DNA of 64,000 bases from Alphaproteobacteria bacterium (lineage in GTDB: Bacteria > Pseudomonadota > Alphaproteobacteria > UBA828). Both the position numbers and the translations under genes were made by a program. Below the pieces are notes generated by a model. That model ran no database searches, was not told the origin of the DNA, and was given only the letters and a program-made list of their open reading frames with translations. This document shows positions 21,381-31,469 of the stretch, in pieces. How positions within the stretch are numbered: the stretch's first letter is position 1; each line of letters starts with the position of its first letter. The stretch is from the NCBI GenBank assembly GCA_963422645.2, contig CAXXVO010000005.1, forward strand, positions 372,756 through 436,755, in the 5' to 3' direction.

Positions 21381-21613
21381 ACTTCTCCGGCTCATCCTGA
21401 GTATCGCTGTCCTCTCATCTTGTTCGCGACGCGGCGTTCATCATCCTCTCGCGCTCAAGAGAGTAGGCACCCCCGCGGCGTGGGGGCGTTGACGCAAAAG
21501 GAACTGGCTTGTTCCATAAGAGAGAGGGGGTACCTGGGCAGTTACGAATACATATCCGTGACGACCTGGTTTTCCGCGGTGCTGAACCAATGAGTAGCAC
21601 CGCCAGTAGCTAA

Positions 21614-23230
21614 CCTGACCTATTCATCCTGCGTTGCCTTTGGAGGTCACGATGGCACGGCGTGAGCTTTCCCCCTGACGCCATAGGCATCCGGTTTCGA
21701 GCTTTGTTGTGACAGGCGTTGGGGGTTGAGGGGGAGTTCGGGTTTACGGGGCACGGCGCCCCGGCGGTCAGGGGCCTGCTGCTGCGAGGCGCCCTGCGAG
21801 CAGGCGGAAGAGGGCGGCGTCCGGGCAGGCAGAGGAGAAGTGGATACGGATGCGGGCGGCCTTTTCGATGACGCGGGCACCGATCTTGAGCAGGCGCAGC
21901 CTGAGAGTGGCGAACTCGGCGCGGGCGAGCGGCGCAGCACGGGGAATGGCGTCGCGCAGGGCGAGCATGAGCCAGTAGGCGCCGGTGTGCAGGACCAGCC
22001 TGAGCTGGTTGGCGAGCGGGCTTTGGCAAGAGGTCCGGTCCGAGGCGAGCTGGCCCTTGTGCAGCTTGATCAGGTTCTCGGCCTGGCCGCGGGCGCAGTA
22101 GAGGACTTCGTAGAGATGGCGGGGCTCGCCGCTGAGCGAGGTGACGATATAGCGGGCGTCGAAGCCGCGCGTGCTCGCCTCTAGCCTGGCGACGACCCGG
22201 CGTTCGCGGCCCCAGGAGCGGGCGGCGTAGGCGAAGGCGGCGAAGCTGCGCATCCTGTCTGCGCCGGCCTCGGCGCGGCGCACCTTGAGGTCGTCGGCCA
22301 CCTCGTAGGCGAGGGCATGCAGCGCGCGATTGCCCGCGAGGCCGAAGATGTAGTCGACGCCGTTCTCCTCGCACCAGGCCATGGCCTGCGGGCGGCCGTA
22401 GTGGGAATCTCCGCGGAAGGTGAGCCGGGTGCGGGGCCAGTGGCGGCGTATACGGCGGACCAGATGCTTCAGCAGGGTGCGGACCTCAGGCCCGGACGGC
22501 GTCTTTCCCGGGCGCAGGAGGACCGCCACCGGCTTGCCGCTCTCCACATGGTAGACGTGGACGGGGAGAAAGCAGCGCGTGTCGTAATGGGCGTGGAAGA
22601 GCGAGAGCTGCTGGTGGCCGTGCACGGCATCGCAGGTGTCGTCGATATCCAGGGTGATGGCGGCGGGAGGGGCGGGAAAGGAGCGGCAGAAGAGATCGAC
22701 CAGCGCCGCCGTCATGCGCGCCACCTCGATGCGGGACGGTGCGTTCTCCAGGCGGCTCATGGTCGGCTGCGAGCAGAGCGCGCCCCCGCTCTCCGGCGCC
22801 TGGCCCGCGGCGAGCTTGAACAGGGGGTCCGTGCGGAGCGCGTCGCAGTCGTCGGCATCCTCGTAACCGCAGGCGATCGCCAGCATGCGAAAGCGCAGCA
22901 TGGCCGAGAGCGAGTGGACCACCTGCGCCTGATTGCGCCGGTCGCGGATGCAGCCTGCCAGGGTCTCGGCGAGGCGCAAGCGGCGCTCCGCCCCGCGCAA
23001 CAGGACGAGGCCGCCGTCAGACGAGATCAGGCCACCATCGAAGGCGGCACTCACCTTCTTGCGTTGGACGCTTGGCAGATCGAAGGGGAGAAGGCTATCG
23101 TCGGTCATGGCGGGCGTGGCGTTTTCGTTGTTCGGAGAGGAAGACGCTCGGACAACGAATTCCTACCCGATGGCAACGGCTTACGCTACGTCCGCCACCC
23201 CAAAATCAGACACGCCGTGAATAATTGGGG
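21614..23230 (-). mobile_element. IS1380-family element
   Basis: Imperfect IRs CCTGACCTATTCAT / (rc) CCCCAATTATTCAC; 4-bp TSD CTAA at 21610-21613 and 23231-23234. Confidence 0.88.
21768..23108 (-). CDS. IS1380 family transposase
   Basis: FDGG.ISSDGG, GYEDADD, SQPTMSRLEN, LDIDDT, RGDS, RGQAENLIK. Confidence 0.95.
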   Translation of the reverse strand: MTDDSLLPFDLPSVQRKKVSAAFDGGLISSDGGLVLLRGAERRLRLAETLAGCIRDRRNQAQVVHSLSAMLRFRMLAIACGYEDADDCDALRTDPLFKLAAGQAPESGGALCSQPTMSRLENAPSRIEVARMTAALVDLFCRSFPAPPAAITLDIDDTCDAVHGHQQLSLFHAHYDTRCFLPVHVYHVESGKPVAVLLRPGKTPSGPEVRTLLKHLVRRIRRHWPRTRLTFRGDSHYGRPQAMAWCEENGVDYIFGLAGNRALHALAYEVADDLKVRRAEAGADRMRSFAAFAYAARSWGRERRVVARLEASTRGFDARYIVTSLSGEPRHLYEVLYCARGQAENLIKLHKGQLASDRTSCQSPLANQLRLVLHTGAYWLMLALRDAIPRAAPLARAEFATLRLRLLKIGARVIEKAARIRIHFSSACPDAALFRLLAGRLAAAGP

Positions 23231-23494
23231 CTAATTTGCTCGCCAAGTCCTGATATCTGTTCTCAATACTTTGCATGAAAACTGATTCTGCACGTTGATC
23301 CCATACTCTACGTGCACAAAAATTGGGTGCTCCGGCTTCAATAATACGGATTTATGTTCCCTGATCAGGTGAACACGAACCACTACATTTTCATCGCAAA
23401 ATCGCTCAATCGATTTCTTGGGAAAACAGTGTTGATGGATTGTGAGCTGATGTGGATTACCCTTTTGTGTTTTTTCGTACTTCAAGGCCGTTAC

Positions 23495-25729
23495 CTAGAG
23501 AAATCGATTCGCAGCGGGGAAGCCGCGCGGCGCGGCACGCCCGGCCTGGCCGCGCTTGCCGTGCCACTGGTCGAGCGCCGTCTCAGTGCGCACACCGGTG
23601 CCCGAGCGCCAGCGCAGCCCCGCCGCGCCGTCGAACACCTGCGCGTCCGAAAGCGCGGCGTCGCGGTAGCGCTGCAAGATGACGCCCCGGCCCCGCGTCA
23701 TGGTGGGCACCTCGCCGGCGGGGAACACCAGCAGGCGCCGGTTGGTGCCGACGACCGCGACCGTATCGCCGGCCGCCTCGACACAGGCCGCAGCCTCCGC
23801 CCCTTGCGCCGGGTTAAGCACCTGCCGCCCGGTGCGAGTCTGCGCAACGACCTCGTCCTCGGGCACAAAGAAGCCGCGCCCGTCGCTCGCCGCCACCAAT
23901 AGCCGCCGGTCGGGCCGGTGAGCGAAGAGAGCGACCGGCTCATGATCGTTGCCGAGGTCGACCATGAGGCGCACGGGTTCTCCGAAACCGCGGCCGCCTG
24001 GGAGCCGATCCGCCGCGAGCGTGTAGAAACGCCCGTTGGTGGCGAAGAGCAGCAACTTGTCCGTGGTCTCGGCGTGGAAGCGGAAGCGTTCGCGGTCGCC
24101 ATCCTTGTAGCGTACCGCCGTCTCAGCCTCGGCATGGCCCTTGATCGCGCGGATCCACCCCTTCGCCGAGCAGATCACCGTGATGGGCTCGCGCTCCACC
24201 AGCGCCTCCGCCGGCACATCCTTTGGCAGGGGCGCCGCGCCGATGGCGGTGCGGCGCGCGCCGAGCTCGGTCTCCTGCCCGAAGCGCGTCTTGATCTCCG
24301 CGATCTCGGCTATGAGCGCGGTCTTCTGCCGGCGCGTGCTGTTCGCGAGCTTCTCGAGCTGGCCGCGCTCCGTCTCCAGCGCCTCGTGCTCGCGCCGAAT
24401 CGCCTCCTCCTCCAAGCGCCGCAGCGCACGCAGGCGCATGTTTAGGATCGCGTCGGCCTGCAGCTCGTTGATCCCGAACGCGGCCACGAGCGCGGGCTTC
24501 GGCTCGTCCTCCTCGCGCACGATTCGGATCACTTCGTCGAGATTGAGGTAGGCGATGAGATAGCCGCCGAGCACATCGAGCCGGTGCGCGATCGCCGCCA
24601 GCCGGTGGGCGGTACGGCGCAGCAGGATCTCGCGTCTGTGATCGAGAAAGGCCTGGAGCACCTGCCTGAGAGTCATCACGCGGGGCACGCCCGCCGCATC
24701 CAATACGTTCATGTTGAGCCCGATGCGGGTCTCCAGCTCGGTCTGGCGGAAGAGCATCTCCATCAGAAGCTCGGCTTCGACGGTGCGGCTCTTGGGCTCC
24801 AGCACGATGCGCACGTCCTCGGCCGATTCGTCGCGCACGTCGGCCAAGAGGGCGAGCTTGCGGGCCTGGAGCAGCTCGGCGATGCGCTCGATCAGGCGCG
24901 CCTTCTGCACCTGATAGGGAATCTCGGTGACCACGATCTGGTACTGGCCGCGACCGATGTTCTCCTTCTCCCAGCGCGCGCGGACGCGGAAGCCGCCCCG
25001 CCCCGTCGCATAGGCCTCCACAATCTGGTCGCGGTCCTCCACCAGAACGCCTCCGGTGGGGAAGTCCGGCCCCGGCACCAGACCCACCAGGGCGTCGTCC
25101 GAAAGCTTGGGATCCTTTAGGAGCGCGGTGAGCGCGTCGCAAAGCTCGCCGGCATTGTGGGGCGGAATGCTGGTGGCTAAGCCGACCGCGATTCCCGTCG
25201 CCCCGTTGGCGAGCAGGTTGGGAAAGGCCGCCGGCAGCACAACGGGCTCGCTTTCGCTGCCGTCGTAGGTCTCGCGGAAGTCGACAGCGTCCTCGTCGAG
25301 GCCATCCAGCAGGGCTTGTGCGACCTCCGTGAGCCGCGCCTCGGTGTAGCGCATCGCCGCGGCGTTATCGCCGTCGACGTTGCCGAAGTTGCCCTGCCCC
25401 TCGACCAGCGCATAGCGCGCGGCGAAGGTCTGGGCGAGCCGCACCAGGGCGTCGTACACCGAAGAATCGCCGTGGGGGTGGTACTTGCCGATCACGTCGC
25501 CCACGACCCGCGCGCACTTCTTGAAGCCCACATTGGGATCCAGTTTCAGGACCCGCATCGCATAGAGGATCCTGCGCTGGACCGGCTTGAGCCCGTCGCG
25601 CACGTCGGGCAACGAGCGCGCGGTGATGGTGGAGAGCGCATAGGCGAGATAGCGCTCGCTCAGCGCATCACCGAGCGGCACGGGGAGGACCGTGCCTTCC
25701 GTCGCGACGTCGTCTGCGATTCGCGCCAT
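23495..25729 (-). CDS. parC: DNA topoisomerase IV subunit A
   Basis: [40 protein letters not shown]; short C-terminal domain without a GyrA box. Confidence 0.95.
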   Translation of the reverse strand: MARIADDVATEGTVLPVPLGDALSERYLAYALSTITARSLPDVRDGLKPVQRRILYAMRVLKLDPNVGFKKCARVVGDVIGKYHPHGDSSVYDALVRLAQTFAARYALVEGQGNFGNVDGDNAAAMRYTEARLTEVAQALLDGLDEDAVDFRETYDGSESEPVVLPAAFPNLLANGATGIAVGLATSIPPHNAGELCDALTALLKDPKLSDDALVGLVPGPDFPTGGVLVEDRDQIVEAYATGRGGFRVRARWEKENIGRGQYQIVVTEIPYQVQKARLIERIAELLQARKLALLADVRDESAEDVRIVLEPKSRTVEAELLMEMLFRQTELETRIGLNMNVLDAAGVPRVMTLRQVLQAFLDHRREILLRRTAHRLAAIAHRLDVLGGYLIAYLNLDEVIRIVREEDEPKPALVAAFGINELQADAILNMRLRALRRLEEEAIRREHEALETERGQLEKLANSTRRQKTALIAEIAEIKTRFGQETELGARRTAIGAAPLPKDVPAEALVEREPITVICSAKGWIRAIKGHAEAETAVRYKDGDRERFRFHAETTDKLLLFATNGRFYTLAADRLPGGRGFGEPVRLMVDLGNDHEPVALFAHRPDRRLLVAASDGRGFFVPEDEVVAQTRTGRQVLNPAQGAEAAACVEAAGDTVAVVGTNRRLLVFPAGEVPTMTRGRGVILQRYRDAALSDAQVFDGAAGLRWRSGTGVRTETALDQWHGKRGQAGRAAPRGFPAANRFL

Positions 25730-25760
25730 GACAGCCGCTATAGCACAGGCGGCGTAAGGG

Positions 25761-26531
25761 TTAAGGATCTTGCGCCGGCGACACGGCGTATGGCGGCGCA
25801 GCACCCGCCTGCAAGCGATCGATGAAGCGCCCCCTGGCGGGCGGCATGCGGCCGCCCTGCCCCGCGAACACGTGCTTTTCGAAGAACCAGCCTGTCAGCC
25901 GCAAGCCAGCGACGATATCGGCGGCAGGGGCGGCAGCGGTATCCTCCTCCGACCGCATGAGGAAGGACGGCAGCGAGAGCAGCTTCTCCGCATAGGGCGC
26001 GGCGGCCTCTTGCGACACCGCCCGCCCGCTACGCGGCGACACATAGGCCAGACCCTCGACCGCACCGGTCACCGCACAAGCCGAAAGGTCGAGGCCGAAG
26101 CCGAGCTCGGCGAGCAGCGCAAGCTCCCAATGGACCACCGCTTCGGCCCAGCGCTCGCTCGCTTCGAGCGTGTCGAGCAGGCGTCCGGTGGCGCCGTAGA
26201 CCTGCAAATAGGGAAGCCGCTCCGGCAGCGTCGCCTCCACCAGCGCGCAGACGGCAGCGAGCGCCGCGAGACGGGGCGGGTCATCCAACACGAGGCTCGC
26301 CCGCGCGCGCACCAGCTCGCAGGTATAGCGGCCGAGATGCTCGGCAAGGCGAGCCTGCCAGCGGGCCGTGAGCGCATTGCCCGGTTGATAGAGCCCGCGC
26401 GCGCGGCGGCCGCGCGCACCGTGCACCAAGCCGGCGTGGCGGCCGTGATGCTCGGTGAGCAGCGAGACGACGGCGGCATTCTCGCCGTGGCGGCGGGCAG
26501 AGAGGACGATCCCCGTATCGCTCCATTCCAT
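25761..26531 (-). CDS. recO: DNA repair protein RecO
   Basis: [42 protein letters not shown]. Confidence 0.95.
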   Translation of the reverse strand: MEWSDTGIVLSARRHGENAAVVSLLTEHHGRHAGLVHGARGRRARGLYQPGNALTARWQARLAEHLGRYTCELVRARASLVLDDPPRLAALAAVCALVEATLPERLPYLQVYGATGRLLDTLEASERWAEAVVHWELALLAELGFGLDLSACAVTGAVEGLAYVSPRSGRAVSQEAAAPYAEKLLSLPSFLMRSEEDTAAAPAADIVAGLRLTGWFFEKHVFAGQGGRMPPARGRFIDRLQAGAAPPYAVSPAQDP

Positions 26532-26627
26532 CGCCTGCCCCCGAATCAGCGTCGGCGCGACGCTGACCGAAACAGTGCCGCGCCCGCGGCGCCCTTGCAA
26601 CGCGGCGGCCGCTTCGCCACAATCGGA

Positions 26628-26720
26628 ACTGCTCTGGGGGAGCCGTACGCGGCTGAGAGGTCGGAACAACTCCGACGACCCCTTGAACCTGATCCGGTTA
26701 GGACCGGCGTAGGAAACGAG
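26628..26720 (+). promoter_or_regulatory. TPP (THI-box) riboswitch
   Basis: GGGGAGCC..GGCTGAGAGG..GACCC..GAACCTGATCCGGTTAGGACCGGCGTAGGAA consensus directly upstream of a ThiXYZ-type transporter. Confidence 0.95.
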
Positions 26721-26722
26721 AC

Positions 26723-27490
26723 GTGACCCCGCCAGAAAACATGCAAACCGAGTCGGACCACGCTGTCCGCGTCGAGAGCGCTCGCTTTGGCTTCGAAGGC
26801 GCGCTGCTCTTCGACGGCCTGGAGCTCACCCTGGAGCGGGGCCGCTGGACCTGCCTGCTGGGGCCGAGCGGCGTCGGCAAGTCTAGTCTGCTGCGGGTGA
26901 TCGCCGGCCTCGAGCGGCTCGAGTCCGGCAACCTGAACGTCCTGGGCGGCGCGTCGGTCGCCTACATGGCGCAGCAGGACCTGCTCATGCCCTGGCTCAG
27001 TGCCCTCGACAACGTCTCTCTCGGCGCACGCCTCAGGGGCGAGAAGCCCGACCGCGAGCGCGCGCTGGCACTGCTGAAGCGGGTGGGCTTGGGCGGAGAG
27101 GCCGATGCCCTCCCCCGCACCCTCTCCGGCGGCATGCGCCAGCGCGTCGCGCTCGCCCGTACGTTGATGGAAGACCGGCCCATCGTGCTCATGGACGAGC
27201 CCTTTTCCGCGCTCGACGCCATCACGCGGATGCGGCTGCAGGAGCTCGCCTCGGGCCTCCTTGCCGGGCGCACGGTCCTGCTGGTCACCCACGATCCGCT
27301 GGAGGCGCTCCGGCTCGGGGAGCGCATCTACGTCATGGCCGGGCGCCCCGCCTCGCTGCAGCTGGCCGCCGCGCCCGACGGCCCACCGCCCCGCAAGCCC
27401 GGCGACCGCTCCCTCCAAGCCCTGCACGCCGAGCTCCTGGAACAGCTCACGGCGGCCGACGATGCCGGCGCCCACATGCGCCCCCATTGA
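26723..27490 (+). CDS. thiZ: Thiamine-precursor (HMP/FAMP) ABC transporter ATP-binding protein
   Basis: GPSGVGKS, LSGGMRQR, MDEPFSALD; under TPP riboswitch. Confidence 0.85.
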   Translation: MTPPENMQTESDHAVRVESARFGFEGALLFDGLELTLERGRWTCLLGPSGVGKSSLLRVIAGLERLESGNLNVLGGASVAYMAQQDLLMPWLSALDNVSLGARLRGEKPDRERALALLKRVGLGGEADALPRTLSGGMRQRVALARTLMEDRPIVLMDEPFSALDAITRMRLQELASGLLAGRTVLLVTHDPLEALRLGERIYVMAGRPASLQLAAAPDGPPPRKPGDRSLQALHAELLEQLTAADDAGAHMRPH

Positions 27491-27505
27491 TGGCCCGGAA
27501 CCGGA

Positions 27506-28246
27506 ATGCGCGCCTTCAGGCTGACCACGATCTGCGGCCTCCTGGTCCTGGTCTGGCAGGCGGTGGTCTGGCTGGCCGACACGCCCCACTTCATCCTGCC
27601 CGGGCCGGCGCGGGTCGGCGCAACCTGGTGGGAGCACGCCGGGCTGATCCTGGGCCACGCCCAGACCACCCTGCTGGAGATCGCCCTCGGCCTCGTGCTC
27701 GGCACCCTGCTGGGCGTTGTCAGCGCCCTGGTGCTCACCTACGTGCAGCCGGCGCGTCTCTGGCTGCTGCCGGTGCTGGTGGCCTCCCAGGCTGTGCCGG
27801 TCTTCGCACTCGCTCCGATCCTCGTGCTCTGGCTCGGCTACGGCATCGCGTCCAAGGTCGCGATGGCGACGCTCATCATCTACTTCCCCGTGGCCGCGAA
27901 CTTCTTCGACGGCCTCAGGCGGACCGAGCCGGGCTGGCTCGACCTCGCCCGCGCCATGGGCGCAAGCCCGTGGCGGACCATGTGGCGCATCCGTGTGCCG
28001 TCGGCACTGCCCGCATTGGCCTCGGGCGTTCGCGTGGCGGCGGCGGTGGCACCCATCGGCGCCGTGGTGGGCGAGTGGGTGGGCTCGAGCGCGGGTCTCG
28101 GCTTCCTCATGCTGCACGCCAACGCGCGGATGCAGATCGACCTGATGTTCGCTGCGCTGCTCACCCTCGCGGTCTTCGCGGTGGCGATTTACTTCATCAT
28201 CGACCACGTGCTGCGCCGGGCCCTTCATTGGCAGCCGGACACGTGA
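27506..28246 (+). CDS. thiX: Thiamine-precursor ABC transporter permease
   Basis: SsuC/TauC-type permease, APIGAVVGEWVG motif. Confidence 0.85.
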   Translation: MRAFRLTTICGLLVLVWQAVVWLADTPHFILPGPARVGATWWEHAGLILGHAQTTLLEIALGLVLGTLLGVVSALVLTYVQPARLWLLPVLVASQAVPVFALAPILVLWLGYGIASKVAMATLIIYFPVAANFFDGLRRTEPGWLDLARAMGASPWRTMWRIRVPSALPALASGVRVAAAVAPIGAVVGEWVGSSAGLGFLMLHANARMQIDLMFAALLTLAVFAVAIYFIIDHVLRRALHWQPDT

Positions 28247-28269
28247 TTCAGCGACAGGGAGGACGATAA

Positions 28270-29229
28270 ATGCGGACCATGACGAAAACACTTCTGGCGG
28301 CAGTCGCCTTATGCCTGGCGGCGGCCCTGATCGCACCCAAACCCGTTGGCGCAACCGAGAAGCTGACCCTGATGCTCGACTGGTTCGTCAACCCCGACCA
28401 CGCGCCCCTCTTCGTCGCTCTGGAAAAGGGTTATTTCGCGGAGGCCGGCCTGGAGGTCGAGCTGATCGCGCCAGCCGATCCCAACGACCCGCCCAAGCTG
28501 GTCGCCGCCGAAAAGGCGGACCTCGCAGTCTCCTACCAGCCCCAGCTTCACCTCCAGGTGGCTGAGGGGCTGCCACTCGTCAGGATCGCGACGCTGGTCG
28601 CAACCCCGCTCAATACGCTGCTGGTGCTCGCAGACGGCCCGATTCAGTCGATCGCGGACCTCAAGGGCCGCACCGTCGGCTACTCGGTGGGCGGCTTCGA
28701 GGACGCGCTGCTCGGCGCCATGCTCGAACGCCACGGCCTCAGCATCGATGACGTGACACTGGTCAACGTCAACTTCTCGCTGTCGCCATCGATCCTCTCG
28801 GGTCAGGTCGACGCCGTCATCGGCGCCTACCGCAACTTCGAGCTCAACCAGATGGACATCGAAGGGTACCCGGGCCGCGCCTTCTATATCGAGGAGGAAG
28901 GCGTGCCGCCCTACGACGAGCTCATCGTCGTCGCCCACACCGACCGGCAGGGCGACCCGACGCTCCGGGGCTTCGTCGACGCGCTGGAACGCGGCGTGCA
29001 GTTCCTCATCAACCATCCGGACGAGTCGTGGCAGTTGTTCCTGCGTGGCCGGGAGGAGCTCGACGACGAGCTCAACAAGCGCGCCTGGCGCGACACGCTG
29101 CCGCGCTTCGCGCTCAGGCCGGCAGCGCTCGATACCGCGCGCTACGAGCGCTTCGCCGCCTTCCTCCAGGCCCAGGGACTAATTCCGGAGGCGCTCCCTG
29201 CTTCGGCCTACGCGGTGGAGCTCGATTAG
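28270..29229 (+). CDS. thiY: NMT1/THI5-like substrate-binding protein
   Basis: Signal peptide, LDWFVNPDH, SYQP, RNFE, YDEL motifs. Confidence 0.88.
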   Translation: MRTMTKTLLAAVALCLAAALIAPKPVGATEKLTLMLDWFVNPDHAPLFVALEKGYFAEAGLEVELIAPADPNDPPKLVAAEKADLAVSYQPQLHLQVAEGLPLVRIATLVATPLNTLLVLADGPIQSIADLKGRTVGYSVGGFEDALLGAMLERHGLSIDDVTLVNVNFSLSPSILSGQVDAVIGAYRNFELNQMDIEGYPGRAFYIEEEGVPPYDELIVVAHTDRQGDPTLRGFVDALERGVQFLINHPDESWQLFLRGREELDDELNKRAWRDTLPRFALRPAALDTARYERFAAFLQAQGLIPEALPASAYAVELD

Positions 29230-30197
29230 CCCGCCGCATTGAGCCGATCGGCGAACGCGAGTACCGCACGGGCGAGGGACTGCTTCTCCTCTCGCGCGGT
29301 CATCATCGTGGCCGTGACCTCGACCGCGACGCCGGCGGCGGCAATTCCGGCCGCCTCGGCCCGGTCGGCCGCGTCGAGCACGAAGCCATCGATCAGCCCG
29401 GCGTAGTGTTCGGCGATGGCGGCCGCGCTCGGCGCGATGCCGCGTTCCGACATCATCTTCGCGGTCGGCCCCTTGACCGCCTGCCCCCCGATGATCGGGG
29501 AGATCGCGACCACCGGTGCCTTGCAAGCCGTGAGGGCCGCACGCACGCCTGGAAGCGCCAGGATCGGATCGATGCTGATGTAGGGGTTCGACGGGCAGAT
29601 GATGACGGCGCCGAGATCGGGTGACGTGAGCGCGTCGAAAAAGCCGGCCGAGGGCCGCGCCTGCTCCGCCCCTTCGTGGCGAAACTCGAGCACGCGGGGA
29701 CGGCAGCGCTCGCGCACGAAGTAGTGCTGGAAGGCGAGCGGCCCTTCTTCCGTCTCGACGATGGTGGGAACCGGGTCGTCGCTCATGGGCAGGATGCGCG
29801 CCTGGATTCCGAGCTTCGCGCTGAGCGAGGACGTGACGGCGCTCAGACTCTCGCCCGCCCGCAGCCGCCGGGTGCGCTCTACATGGATCGCGAGGTCCTT
29901 GTCGCCGAGGAAGAACCAGGTCTCTCCGCCGAGCGCGCCGAGCGCCTCAATGAAGGCGCCGCTCTCCCCCGCCCGCCCCCAGCCGGTCTCCGGGTTCGCG
30001 AGCCCGGCGAGGGTGTAGGTGAGCGTGTCGAGGTCGGGGCAGACCTTGAGCCCGAGATGCTCGAAGTCGTCGCCGGTGTTGGCGACGACCGTAAGCCGGC
30101 CGGGGTCCTCCAGCACGTCGCAGAGCCCGAGCGCGAGCTTGGCGCCGCCAACGCCCCCTGAGAGCGCCACGTAGCTGACGTCAGCGGAAGAGGTCAT
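29226..30197 (-). CDS. cofD: 2-phospho-L-lactate transferase (F420 biosynthesis)
   Basis: LSGGVGGAKL, NTGDD, PDLDT, FQHYFV, PSNPYISIDPIL, KGPTAKMM. Confidence 0.95.
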   Translation of the reverse strand: MTSSADVSYVALSGGVGGAKLALGLCDVLEDPGRLTVVANTGDDFEHLGLKVCPDLDTLTYTLAGLANPETGWGRAGESGAFIEALGALGGETWFFLGDKDLAIHVERTRRLRAGESLSAVTSSLSAKLGIQARILPMSDDPVPTIVETEEGPLAFQHYFVRERCRPRVLEFRHEGAEQARPSAGFFDALTSPDLGAVIICPSNPYISIDPILALPGVRAALTACKAPVVAISPIIGGQAVKGPTAKMMSERGIAPSAAAIAEHYAGLIDGFVLDAADRAEAAGIAAAGVAVEVTATMMTAREEKQSLARAVLAFADRLNAAG

Positions 30198-30966
30198 CGG
30201 CCTCGGCACGGATGAGCGCGGCGCCGTCGTTGCCCGGACCGGCGGCAGCGAGGCCGCGCACCACGACCACGGGCATGCCCTCGTCGGCCTCGCCCTGTAG
30301 CAGAGAGGCGGCGGCGGCAAGCTCGTCCGCCAGCGCCACCTGCGTCACCTCGAGCGGGCGGCCGAAGAGATCGTCGCGCCCCCGTAGGTCAAGCAGGGAC
30401 GGCAACCCTGCGGCACCGAGCGCGAGGCCCACGGTGCCCACCCGCCAGGCGCGGCCAACGCTGTCGTTCACGATGACGGCGCAATCGACCCCGAGCCTTT
30501 GGCGCAGTCCCTCGCGCAGGCGCAGGGCGCTACCGTCCGGGTCGCGGGGCAGAAGCAACACCCGCTCGTCCCCATCCGCCGGCTCCACGTTGGAATTGTC
30601 GATGCCGGCGTTCGCCATGACGAACCCCAGCCGGTGCTCGACGATGATCACCCCCGGCCGATGCCGCACCACCCGCCGCGCCTCGCTCAAGATGAGCTCG
30701 ACCATGCGCGGATCCTTGTCGGTGCGCGCGGCAAGCTCTCGTGCTTCGGCGCCGGGCTCCACCCCCGCCAGATTGGCGTAGCGACCCTCGCTCTTGGACA
30801 CGATCTTCTGGGCGATCACGAGGACATCGCCGGCGGCAGCGGCCTCGTCGACGCGCGCGAAACCGTCCGCGATCAAGACCGCGAGATCGTCGCCGGGCTG
30901 GACCATGGGAATGCCCGGCAGCGCGAAGAGGGAGAGCGCGCGGGGACGCGGCGGTCGTGGGTTCAT
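30181..30966 (-). CDS. cofE: Coenzyme F420-0:L-glutamate ligase
   Basis: PGDDL, QKIVSKSEG, ANAGID.SN, DSVGRAWR, ADELAAAA. Confidence 0.93.
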   Translation of the reverse strand: MNPRPPRPRALSLFALPGIPMVQPGDDLAVLIADGFARVDEAAAAGDVLVIAQKIVSKSEGRYANLAGVEPGAEARELAARTDKDPRMVELILSEARRVVRHRPGVIIVEHRLGFVMANAGIDNSNVEPADGDERVLLLPRDPDGSALRLREGLRQRLGVDCAVIVNDSVGRAWRVGTVGLALGAAGLPSLLDLRGRDDLFGRPLEVTQVALADELAAAASLLQGEADEGMPVVVVRGLAAAGPGNDGAALIRAEADDLFR

Positions 30967-31448
30967 TGCGGCGCGCCGCTGCCGCCAGTCGCGTCGCGCG
31001 CGCCACCGCCGCCGGCCGCGCTCCAACTGGTCACCCGCTCGATCCTGATCGCGATCACGGGGAGCGGCGCCAGGTCCATCGCGCGGTACTGCGGATACTT
31101 GGCGCAGAGAAGCCGCTGCGCGTCGTCGTGCTCGAAGCCGCTATCCAGAATCTCCGCGCGGCCGCGCACCATGACCCAGTGGAGCCTCGACCAGTCGTCA
31201 TCGTCATAGTGATCGGCGGTCAGCGCGACGTGAGGGTTCTCGACCATGTTGCGGAGGCGCTTGAGCGGCTTCCCGCTCTTCGGTTTGCGATCGATCGTCA
31301 TGTAAAGGGAATCGCCCGCAAGGGCGAAGCAGACCGGCCCGACATTTGGGATGCCCGCCCCGTCCGCCGTTGCAAGGTGCGCCACCCGCCGCTCCTCCAG
31401 GAAGGCGCGCTCGCCCTCCCCGAGGACGGCCGCCTTGCCCTCGCCCAT
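30963..31448 (-). CDS. PPOX-class putative F420-dependent oxidoreductase (Rv0121-like)
   Basis: VAHLAT, DRKPKS, KRLRN..ENP, DHYDDD.WSRL.WV, KYPQY; adjacent to cofE. Confidence 0.85.
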   Translation of the reverse strand: MGEGKAAVLGEGERAFLEERRVAHLATADGAGIPNVGPVCFALAGDSLYMTIDRKPKSGKPLKRLRNMVENPHVALTADHYDDDDWSRLHWVMVRGRAEILDSGFEHDDAQRLLCAKYPQYRAMDLAPLPVIAIRIERVTSWSAAGGGGARDATGGSGAPQ

Positions 31449-31469
31449 GCCGCGACAGCGCCGCCCGGC

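Larger units (their letters stand above)
19039..21545 (+). mobile_element. IS66-family element carrying a DNA methyltransferase passenger gene
   Basis: IRs GTAACTACCCAGGTACCC / GGGTACCTGGGCAGTTAC enclose both ORFs; flanks (GGAGAGTC vs GAATACAT) show no TSD. Confidence 0.88.
21546..23485 (-). pseudogene. AT-rich foreign gene (possibly DUF4238-like), frameshifted, split by IS1380 and truncated by IS66
   Basis: TTG 23485 KYEKTQKGNPHQLTIHQHCFP..; frameshift in a T-run near 23320 gives FCARRVWDQRAE..LASKL, which continues in frame after the IS1380 as ATGGATHWFSTAENQVVTDMY up to the IS66 end. Confidence 0.65.

Noticed and set aside
12121-21545. Composite transposon formed by the two IS66 elements
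   Set aside because: The first IS has its own perfect TSD, the outer flanks do not match, and the transposases differ
19005-23494. GTAACTGGCC / GGCCGTTAC near-inverted repeat bounding the foreign island
   Set aside because: Only ~9 bp, needs a gap and has no TSD; likely chance
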